From Epiperipatus broadwayi (taxonomy: Eukaryota > Animalia > Onychophora): a DNA stretch of 64,000 bases. The notes beneath the pieces are model-generated. The model saw only the letters and a list, made by a program, of their open reading frames with translations, made no database searches and was not told the origin of the DNA. Within the stretch, counting starts at the first letter, position 1, and every line of letters starts with the position of its first letter. The DNA is taken from NCBI GenBank assembly GCA_028023455.1, contig JAQFVV010000003.1, positions 24,118,001-24,182,000 of the forward strand, given 5' to 3'. A program made the position numbers and the translations under genes. Positions 53,805 to 64,000 of the stretch are shown piece after piece.

Positions 53805-55905
53805 ATTCATTAAAAAGAACCGGGATCCTACCTCTCTTAGCAGTATCAGGCCGATATCGATGACACCAATTTTGTTCAAAGTCATGGAGGGTATAATAAA
53901 AGAAAAAATTCAGGATGCCATTCTACAGGATATACCGGCCTCTCAATATGCAAGGAAGGGATCATCAGCGCTGACTGCAATTGGTGAAGTGAAAATTCTG
54001 TTTGATCACATTAGATCTAACAGAAAATCCCAGCCTGTGGCATTCCAGCTGGATGTGTCCAATGCTTTTGATACAGTAGATGTCAACATTCTTCTTGAAT
54101 TGCTATCTCAGTTGGATATATCAAAACAGATAATTCAGATATTGGACAATCTCCTGAATAATAGGCATATTCATATTTCCATAAATGGACATTACTCAGA
54201 CGGATTTGGCCCTTCAAGATCCATACCACAAGGTTCACCGTTGAGTGGTCTATTGTTCATAAAGTACATTGACCCTCTGATTAAAGAGCTAGATCAGCTT
54301 CCAGGGATATATGTGCCCCAGCTTAAGAAAAACATCAAGGTTTTCGCATACATGGATGACATACTTATGATTCTTCCATCCCGTAAATATCTGAAGACAC
54401 TTCATTTCATAATTATCAATTATACTAAAGATTATAAATTATCCATCAATCCTCACAAGTCATCATCCTGGTGCATCAACACTGGTATGAAAATACTATC
54501 CAATTTTTTAGCAGAACCTCGGTGTTTTCTGGGGTTCCCTATCTTCAAGTTACAGACTGCTATGTCTGTCTGCCTACAAAAATCCATCATAAGCAATGCT
54601 ACTAAGGTGGTTCAGTCGCTGTCAAGGACATATCTGTCCTTATAAGGGAAGATTGCTCTGATTAATATGAAGATTATGGCGAGCATAAATTACTACCTGC
54701 CAATAATGACAGTTACCAAATCATTCAGCTTTGAGGCTCTGTGGTCAGCTCTTATGGAGAGGTCAGACCACTGCAATTAGCATCTGCAGACTTCAGTTTC
54801 ACAGGAGACAGAATGGAATGGGTCTCCATTCAATACAGACAATCAATTTCCAAAAAGGGCATTCAATATAGACAATCAATTTCCAAAAAGGGCATTCACT
54901 TTTAGTAAACCTGGGAAAAAAATACCCTCTATCAGATATTATAGAGACTGTAATACCTACTGACAGACCTCCCCCCAATAAACCCACATGGCTTGACACC
55001 ATTATTAAACAACAATCTCTATACATCGGGCACTCAACAACAGAGTTTAATAATAAAATCAACATCTGCCAGGCACATAGCCTGATGAATCCTGTAAATA
55101 CAGCAATCATAAAATCACCACAATATTTAAATATCTGCTACTGGAGCCCAAACTTTTGGATTATCTGATCAAGGTTCCATGCCAACTAATACATTCTTAT
55201 ACTACAAGCGGTTTCTAAATAAAATAGACCCAATTTGTCATGCCTGTTCTAGAGGATAGGAGACCTTTAATCATCTGTTAAATATATGTCCAGGCTATAA
55301 CAGTATTCAAAGTGTTATCTCTCAACACTGCATTATAGCAGTGGATAAAATCCTGGACATCAGGGGTTGTCTCTTCTCTGGAGACTTTACAGTTATCAGG
55401 TTATCTATCTTCCTGACATATGCTTTTTGGTACACAAGGTGCAGGACAAAGTTCACACAATCAACACCGGACCCCAATGCTATATTTTGCGATAAGCTCA
55501 AAGCTCCTCAAGACAAGGACAAGATACTATCCTCTAGATTTTTGTTTAATAATACATGGAGCCTACTAGTATGGCCCACAGACTCTACATGAATTTTGGC
55601 CCTGATATATCCACATTGTAGTGTATCGTAGAAGAAGTAGTCTATGTTGCAACATGTCGGATTCTACTAGAGAGGCATTGATTTCACACTACATGTATCC
55701 CAGCTGATAAGTTAGCATTATTGGGTCAACCTCAAAAGGGGTGGGCAATTCCAACAAAATAGTACGTATTTACTCATATATCAACCTGCTAGTGCAGAGA
55801 ATGGCTCTGGCATACTTCTTCCAGACCAACGCCAGCAATGGATGAGCCAACATTAACAAAGTGTATTTATTATTCATCTGTACAATTTTATTATGTCAAT
55901 AAATA
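53805..55905 (+). mobile_element. L1/Tx1-like non-LTR retrotransposon remnant (RT and C-terminal region)
   Basis: It reads FIKKNRDPTSLSSIRPISM into ORF 53860-54645 with LDVSNAFD, PQGSPLS and AYMDD. A decayed C-terminal PHC...H motif lies near 55610-55660, and AATAAA is near 55898. Confidence 0.8.
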
Positions 55906-57454
55906 TATTTTTTTTAAAATAACAATAATTTCTGAATATATATATATTATCTTCTGACTTTTGTTAAATAAAATTCAGCAAATAGTCGTTGGAATCTCAT
56001 AGATAACAGCGTTTGATTTACTGAGTCAAGAATTTACCTAAAGTAGATCAGTTATTTAACTTGACAAATAGCTTGTAAAAAGAGAAATTTTTAACATATG
56101 TGTATAAAAATAGTTAAATTTTATTTTTATTTCTGCTTTTTAAATAGTCGTATGTTATATATACATAGACGTGTGTGCGTATGCTTCTTACAAGCTAACA
56201 AAAATTATTTACGGTACAAATATTAATAAATTACATTGATTTATCATTTCTCTTTTTTTTTTACTTACTTGTCAGTAAAATATCAAAAGTTACCACAATT
56301 GTCAAGAAACGAACAATTTGGAAACTCTACTTTTTAATGGTATTTGTGCCAAACAACTCTCTTGTATTATTATTATTTTTCTCAACTTCTTTGGAGTCAT
56401 TACAAATTACTATATGAGTGTTTAGCATCTGTCTCATATCAAACAAATGTCACGTGACTCTTAGTTTACATTCAGCATTTGTATTTGGAACAATAATCCA
56501 GAGTATAGGTGATGATTCTGGAGTTAAAATTAATAGAGCAGTAATCTGCTCATAATGCAAGATCTATTTCTGATTAAATGCCCGATAAGATAGACTTTTT
56601 TAAAAAAAAAATTAAATACCTTTAAAAAATTTTGTTTTTAATGTAACCATTAGAAAATAAGTTTACAGATTGTGAAAACTTTTTATGAGCAAACTAAGAT
56701 GATGCCAGTAAAGTCCTGATGAGTGATCATTTATTTTATTACTATATTTAAATGATTTTCAAATGATTAATAAGTGGATGTTTGATCAATCATGATTATA
56801 ACAGAAACTGAAGAACAATTTCAACATTTTCTATCTAATCTACTCTTGTAACATTCTAATTTTTCTAACAAGTTTTGTATAAATATTAAATTTGTTGTTC
56901 ATAAGTTTGTCTCTTTGGTTTTAAATTGTCTATTACATTCCTTAGAAGTTTTTTACTCATTCCTTTGGTAATCTAGTAAAATACAAAACCTCAAAGAAGA
57001 GAATATTTAACTTAACAACTTTTTCATGATCAGATGAATGTTAAGTGTTTGGGCACATTCTTTTTTAATAGATATTTTTTATTTGAATACATTGGCATAC
57101 AGGCATATTTGCTTGAATGTATGCATTAGATAAATAATATTTTTAAAAAATGTATAAGCTTGACTTTAATGATTTGAAGCTGAAAATATGTTTATGAATG
57201 TTTAGTAAAGTCATTATACTCATGGAGATACTTATTATTAAATAATAATTATGATATTAATAGTAATAGCAGTAGCATAAAATTTTAGAGATTGTATTAA
57301 CTCCAAGCCAAGTAAATTGATAAATATAATACAGATGAAATTTATACCTTAGGATGTAGAAAGCTACATGGCAGTTGTGAGTGGTAAATTACTGATCTTA
57401 ATATGTGGTTCATTGCTAAGTTATCTTCATTGAAATAATTTCTCATTTGTTTTT

Positions 57455-57553
57455 TGCATTCTCTTTTTTTTATATGTCAAATGCGTTGACCGGGAAGCAA
57501 ACCCGGGCCAGCTGATTGGAAGGCAGCTTTGCTAGTCACTAGGCCACCAATGC
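57455..57553 (-). pseudogene. tRNA-Gly(TCC)-derived pseudogene/short SINE
   Basis: The minus strand 57553-57482 reads GCATTGGTGGCCTAGTGACTAGCAAAGCTGCCT-TCC-AATCAGCTGGCCCGGGTTTGCTTCCCGGTCAACGCA. It has stem mismatches, a damaged T-loop, and a 3' tail TTTGACATAT(A)n. Confidence 0.75.
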
Positions 57554-58169
57554 TCGACTTCTCTCTTTTTTAAAAAAATATTTTCTCAATTTCTGTTTTT
57601 AAATTGTTTAACCACTTCCTTTTTCCTACTTTTGTTATGCATAATTATTATTTGAATTCTATTTTCTCAAAAGCTGATCTATGTTATTTTACAGCTTATA
57701 AACTAAACAAATCAAAATTATAAAAGTTCTTTGTACTAAATATAGATATCTATCAACTTATAAAATTAATATGAGTCATAAATTTTGCACAATTCAGTTT
57801 ATCCATAAATTGAAAGATACATATATATATATATTTATTGCTTTGATCTATTAAAACACGTTATTTTGATTATTATATTTACAAAATATTATTTTATAAA
57901 AGTCTTTATTATAGGAAACATTTAAAGATATTTTGTAATTAATAATTTTCTCAATTTTATGATTAATAAACATTTGCTATTAAAATTAAAAAATATGTTG
58001 CTGGATTGGTGTTGTTTTTTATTATTTATAAGTTGGATTTTTATTTATCTTCGAATGTTATGAAAAAGAAATAAAGTTAATCAGCCGTTAATGATTCTTT
58101 TTCTCTTTTTTTTATATAGCTTATTTGAATAAGTTAATTCACTGCTTGGGGATGATTTTTTTTTTCTTT

Positions 58170-59200
58170 TTCATATTCTTTAATTCCCACAACTGACTCG
58201 CCACCGCCTATGGATAGGCCCCCACCTTGTTGCATTGGTTAAGGGGATGGGAATTGGAGGCAAATTGTTGTTGGCTAAATTGAAATATTGGGATGTGTAC
58301 CAATTGCTTAACTCTACCACAGCTACTCCTCATGGCTTCCTGGGTCTTTCAAATGATCTGTTAATTAGGAAATTTTAATTCTGGATGCTAGAGGGAAGTT
58401 TCTGGATTTTATCATAAAAATAAATTTGACTGCACTCCCCATCAATGAATTCTTAGTCATGAAGAGAGGCTTTGCCAAACTAAATCCGGTTTTCCAAATG
58501 TGCAGTCGAGAGAATGAATCAATGCAGCATCTCTTCTTTGGTTGTGTGATATTAAATAAATGCAAAGCAATGCTCAATGGTTGGATGACATCCTATAAAC
58601 AAAGGATTTTTAACCTGAATGAATGCCTGAAAACTGGCATCTTTGGAATAATTAGACTGTCAATCATGATGAACTATATAGTCTGGACAATGAGATGCCA
58701 TCTGATATTTGGGAAGAGTAACGGTAATTTACATAATGAACTTTTGCGCAAGATCAAGGCTGTCAGAAAGAGGGATCATATAAATGATTTCTCTGGAAAG
58801 AATCTATAATGATATCTGGAAGTTTGTGGTGTTGTCAGAACAGTTTTTGCATCAGCACTGAGGGGTTTCCTTAATGATTTTTCCAACAGTCACTCTACAT
58901 AAGCCACTAAGATGGCTCTAGCTATGGTTAGGTATGCCCGTTTCAGGCGATTGAGAGCCAAAGGATCAGTTCTCCTATAATAGCCATAAGGCTGGTGAAT
59001 GTGTTTTGTTTCCCTGCCCATGTTTTATCAAGTAAAGATACCGAACTCTCAATTTTAATAAGAATGACAAGACTGTTGAAAACTGTGCATGTTACACAAA
59101 CTGTCCTAATGCTCATCCTGATTCAAGACAATTTATTTGTGTTTTTTTTTGTATTTGCTTTACTATCTCTTCTTTGTATTCATAGTCAATAAATTTGCAC
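58170..59200 (+). mobile_element. 3' fragment of an L1/Tx1-type LINE (zf-RVT-like C-terminus and 3' UTR)
   Basis: ORF 58426-58809 reads LP...L..RG...MCSRENESMQHLFFGC...IVWTMRC. The 3' UTR is GC-richer and ends at AATAAA near 59188. Confidence 0.7.
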
Positions 59201-59869
59201 CATTTAAAAAATATTTGACATATACTGTCTGAAACTGTAGAATTACTTATTATCAAAATATTCATTAAATCCATCTTTGAATGAAAAAAAATATTTTGAA
59301 CATAATAGCCTCGGAATACATTCTCTTTAATAGAAGGGAGTTGCCTTAAAGTAACATCATGCTTGAATTAGACCTAATGGTTAAGCAGTTGTGATCTTGA
59401 ATATTCACACTTACGATGATATTTTCAAATTAATAGAATGAAGTTATTTCTAAGAAATCAGTCAATAAGTAAAATATTTCTTACTATTAATATGAATAAT
59501 AAAATCATTTCCTTTATCCATTTTATATAATGCAACTATTTACATTTTACACTAGCAAATAGCTTAGTTTCAACTATTCAGCAATCTTCCTTAGTAAATT
59601 TAAAAAGTTGTTCCTTTAATGTTTTCTAAATATTAGAAACTCTAGGAAAGACTATTGAACAGTCACAATTTAAGCTATTTGCAAGTGTTCAAGTGTGCAA
59701 AATAAGTTGTTTAATTATATGGAGGGAAGTGATTTCACTATTTGTATTAATAATATTCTCAGTGCAGAAAAGTCAGTTAAGTAAAGGATAGCAATCAAAC
59801 ACATTTCATATTACTAATTTCTTTTGATCACATTATCACCATTCTTTATGCTTACACAAGCTTTTTTCA

Positions 59870-60450
59870 GAGGCAAAACTCTTCATATAGTAGCATCACT
59901 CAGTGCAAGCCAGAGTAATCAATGGATGCAGAAAGGTTTGTGCATAAAATCCCTATCTGGTGCATACTTTCCAATATACCCTGACTAGTTTCTAGCTTTT
60001 GGCTTTCATCAGTGAGGAACCTTGGATCTGAGAGCACTGCACCTAGATCATAGCATCTAATGCAACCCTCCAACAGCAACCTTGTACTTTTTTAGCTAAC
60101 TATAACTGGTTATTAAAGAACGAAGGACGCCAAAAGGTATGGATGCTGAACTGAACTTAGATCTATATAACTATATAAGCTAATGAGATTAGCTTAAAAA
60201 CATTATTGTGTTTTTATTTTGGATCCAAAGCTTTATAGTTAGCTAAAAAAAAAAAGTAAAAGGTGGCTGCTGGAGGGTGCAGTGCTCTCAGATACAAGGC
60301 TCATCACTGATAAAAGGTACAAGCTAGAAACTAGTCTGGGGATATTGGATGAATAGTCACTAGGTAGGAATTTTATGCACAAACCTTCTTGGATCCATTG
60401 ATTACTCTGGATTGCAATGAGTGGTACTATTGTATGGAGAGTTTTGTCTC
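59870..60450. mobile_element. Largest family A palindrome (two head-to-head hammerhead units)
   Basis: 59870-60085 pairs with about 60230-60450. The minus-strand motif at 60017-59979 is CCTCA-CTGATGA-AAGCCAAAAGCTA-GAA-ACTAGT-C-AGGG (core intact). The plus-strand motif at 60302-60341 has CTGATAA. Confidence 0.85.
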
Positions 60451-60946
60451 GAATATTCTTTTGACTAAACAACATTTTAATGACCTATTTTGGAATTTTG
60501 CTATATTATATTCTCAAATTATAAATAATGCTAACAATACCTGCATTATTAAGGAATCAGATAAGAAAATTTATTAAACTATATAAAATATTAGATATAT
60601 TAAAATATTTTAACTTTAAGGCTTTAAAAATATTAAGCCACTTATTGATTTATATGTTGTTATATAAAAGACATATCTACTAGGTTTAAATTCAATCCAA
60701 GTAGGTTTTGATTTTTTTAATAGTCTTGGAGTTTGTCTTTCAGGTAAAAATCCAGCTAACTATTCAATATTGATTGGTAAATGTGTTTTTAGTTACTCTT
60801 AGCTAAAGGATAAAACAAGGATAGAAAAAAACACTCACACCGTCATCACTTGACAATTAACACTTCTGATGAGAACTGCCTTCGCTGTTTTTCAATCAGA
60901 AATTGTTGAAAAAGCCATTGAATTAATTTAAATAATTAAAAGCTGT

Positions 60947-61070
60947 TCATTATTTTTAATTATATTGAAACCAAATATCAAATTTAGGAAATACTTGATT
61001 GATCATAATCATTATTTTTAATTATATTGAAACCAAATATCAAATTTAGGAAATACTTGATTGATCATAA
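60947..61070. repeat. Perfect 62-bp tandem duplication
   Basis: 60947-61008 is identical to 61009-61070. Confidence 0.9.
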
Positions 61071-61277
61071 ATTGGAGATTGAAAAAAAAATTCAAAAGAG
61101 AGGTAATCTTTCACCTTGAGTTGAGCTTTGTGTAAATAAAAAAATAACATAAAAGCTATAAAATATCCGCAAAAACATGTAAATTATTCTTTAATTTGTA
61201 TATAAATAAACATTGTTAAATTTATTTAAATAAAACTCATTTAAAAGTATGTGCATTTCTATATATTATTTTTTTAG

Positions 61278-61438
61278 GCGCCTTGATTCCAATGCACTAA
61301 TCTGTGATTGTAAAATGATGTGGTTGGCTGAGATGTTGAAGGAAAAACGTGACACTCAAGCTGCTGCAACTTGTGAATCTCCTGCTAATCTTCAAGGCAA
61401 ATCTTTGTCCAGTATAAACAAAGATGAATTTCATTGTA
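61278..61438 (+). CDS. PXDN: Internal coding exon of a peroxidasin-like gene (last LRR and LRR C-terminal cap)
   Basis: A polypyrimidine tract with acceptor TTTTTAG (61276-61277) and donor GTAAGT (61439-61444) bound a 161-nt phase 2/phase 1 exon. It encodes RLDSNALICDCKMMWLAEMLKEKRDTQAAATCESPANLQGKSLSSINKDEFHC, which matches my recollection of the peroxidasin LRRCT pattern (RLDSN.L.CDC...WL...L...QAAA.C..P...QG.S...I...E..C). Orthology is unverified without a search. Confidence 0.85.
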
Positions 61439-62052
61439 GTAAGTATATTTTAAGTATTGATAAGAGGTAGATTTTAAGAGATAAGCTATAGTTGAGAGAG
61501 TTAATATACAATTGATATTGCTTGGGAGTTCTTAAGAAATTTGACTGTCAAAAGTGACAAATCTGAGTGAAATCCAAAAACCTTAGGCTTCAAAGTCTGC
61601 CACTTTACCATCACATCGGTCAATGCAGTGGTGACATAATCAAAGAGATGATTGAAAGACCAAGAATGTAAAGAATTTATAGAGCCGTATTTTCTTCAAA
61701 GCATTAACTTTTTTTGTTAATAGAGTTTTCAGTAGTTTTTTCATATTTGAGATACTAGGCACAGATATCTAAATTTATGAACTTTAGATATTATGCATTT
61801 TTAACATGAATATTGATGAAAATGTGTTTAACAAATATATATTTATAAGTGAGTATAAAAACTGTATATACTTGTTTAAAAAATATACAATATATACATA
61901 TCAGAGACAAAACATACATGTATTGAATGGAATGAGTGCTTCTGTAGAAAAATTCACTAAAACTTTCAAAAACTTTAATTAAAATTCTATTTAAAAAATT
62001 TACTTTCAATATTTTTACAAACATTTAAATTATTTTTATATACACAGGGAAT

Positions 62053-62405
62053 GAATTTGACTAATGCATTCTCATTGATTATAAGAAGTTCAAACAATGC
62101 TAAGATCTAATTTACAGTTAAAACTTTTAAGAATGTTAAAAGGATTTGGAAGATAAAAATATATTGATAATGTATTACCTATATTTAAACTAATCACAGT
62201 CTGATTAGAATGAGCAATTCAAATTCATTATTTTTTGTATGGATTTTTTTTACCAACAGTTGAATTGTTTTTATATATGCAAAGAATAAATTTGACTAAT
62301 TCATTCTCATTGATTATAAGAAGTGCAAACAATGCTAAGATCTAATTTACAAGTAAAACTTTTAAGAATGTTACAAGGATTTTGAAGATAAAAATATATT
62401 GATAA
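62053..62405. repeat. Local direct duplication of about 117 bp
   Basis: 62053-62170 and 62288-62405 are near-identical with a few substitutions. Confidence 0.85.
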
Positions 62406-64000
62406 TATATTCTCTGATTTACAGATAAGAGAGTTTCAGATTTTTTTAGATGTGTGTAATACACACACATATATATATATTAGGCACCATTACATAAAAA
62501 TTGTTGTGGCAAGTGAAATAAAAACATTATAAAAAAAGTAGTGTGCTTCCATTCCTAAAAAAGTCATTCTTTGTCACTGATGTATATATGTAGGTGTGTG
62601 TCTATATTGTATATGCGCTGTGACTAAAAAATTTAATGTTTTTTATAATTTCTATTTTTTGTTGGTGAATATTTTTTTCTCTTTCTTAGATAACTAAAAC
62701 TTCATATATGGAAATTGCAGATATTAGGGAGAGAGTCTGCTGAAATTGATTTTTTTTTTGTGTGATACTGTCAAAGTTGAAGAGAGACTTTTTTCTTTAA
62801 AATTTGCAATCTATATGTTTTAAGACATTATACTTTTGTTAAGTATATCTTTGCATATAGTCAGTTTTTCAGCACATTTGAACACTTATACAGCAGGTTG
62901 AGCATGACAGCTTTATATAACTGACCAAACTCATATTTTTTTTTATTAAACAAGAATTTATCTTAAACTTTGAAATGATCATTATGCTAATTGCATGTAG
63001 CCACAAATAGTATGGTGCCTCAGATATTGTCAACCTCTGAACTTTAGTTAAAGAGAAAAAAATATATTTTAAAATCTGTATACATTGACTGCAGATGGTT
63101 CTGAAGTAAAGAGAACTGCTTCTCATTTTCTCAACATCATGTTGTCTGACTTGAAATGTTAAATAAATATAAGAGTGATTTTATAATATTGAAATTATTT
63201 TTTCTTTAGAAAATCAATAGAGTCTGTTATAGAGATTTTTAATTTGGGAAGTTGTAATGTCATTATAAGGTATAGGACATATGTGTGTAAATAGTTCGTT
63301 TTATGCAGTGCCTGTTCCCATTTTTAACATTTAAAGGAATGGAAATTTCTTTCTGGGATAATAATGCTTCACAAAAGAATTTGTAAAATATGAATGTATG
63401 TTACATTCATTGTTGAAATTTTAATATTATGATTGAGAAATTTTTAGTAAAAGAAACATATTAAGATTGGGAATTCTTGCTCTGTAAAGTTGTAAACTGC
63501 ATTTTTTTGTTCAATAAATTTTAAGATTTAATTCTGAAAGTTGTTAACGATCAAAGCATACAAAATTGAGGGCAGTTTTTTAGTGATATAATTTATTTAC
63601 TTTACACCAGAGACATTTGTTGTTATCTTAATAATCAGGAAACATTAAAAAATAGTGCTATATCAAGATCATTGGAGTATTTTCATTGAAGAAGGCCAAT
63701 AGCTAAAAAGCAGCTGAGATATTTTGATACAACATTTACTGTTCTTTGATTAATCAAACTTATAACTGATGGTTTTGGAATGAAGTAAGTAAAATGAAAG
63801 TGGAGATATTGAGTTGAATTTAATAATAATATTTTCTTTCAAAATAAAATTAAAAAATATAATCAACATCATATAAAAACTTATTAGGATATAAAAGCAA
63901 TAAGTCTATAATATCAATCATTTTTTATAAGTCACCATCTACAATTACTATGAGAACTACTAATACTATAGTAATAAATGAAAATAAATACCTGCATGAT

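Noticed and set aside
57482-57553. Functional tRNA-Gly gene
   Set aside because: It has mismatches in the acceptor and anticodon stems, a damaged D-loop GG and T-loop, and a SINE-like A-tail.
60866-60900. Isolated CTGATGA heptamers (also 56714, 42006, 9838)
   Set aside because: They lack a correctly placed stem II-GAAA-stem III-stem I arrangement.
61654-61671. ERPRM peptide resembling the start of the next peroxidasin Ig exon
   Set aside because: There is an immediate stop codon and no acceptor site, and it lies in SINE-like sequence.
60947-62405. CRISPR-like or satellite array
   Set aside because: These are only two-copy duplications with no repeat-spacer periodicity, in a eukaryotic context.

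Overview
This is AT-rich, CpG-depleted eukaryotic (invertebrate-like) genomic DNA. I saw no prokaryotic operons, rRNA or CRISPR arrays. The only host-gene sequence I can support is one spliced coding exon (61278-61438, +) encoding the LRR C-terminal cap of a peroxidasin-like protein. The rest is mostly decayed, often nested mobile DNA: five RTE-clade LINE copies, two old Gypsy LTR elements with LTR pairs, PBS and target duplications, L1/Tx1-like LINE pieces, two Penelope-like (GIY-YIG) remnants, hAT derivatives, tRNA-derived SINEs and about ten fold-back insertions. The most interesting signals are RNA-level. (1) Several families of minimal hammerhead ribozyme motifs with palindromic stem III sit in short non-coding retro-insertions. 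(2) A covarying variant-core hammerhead (AUGA[A/G]UA instead of CUGANGA) lies downstream of both Penelope endonuclease ORFs. (3) All three RT-spanning RTE copies share one identical frame-breaking 8-nt loss. All alignments and folds were done by eye, and TE boundaries without TSD support are approximate.
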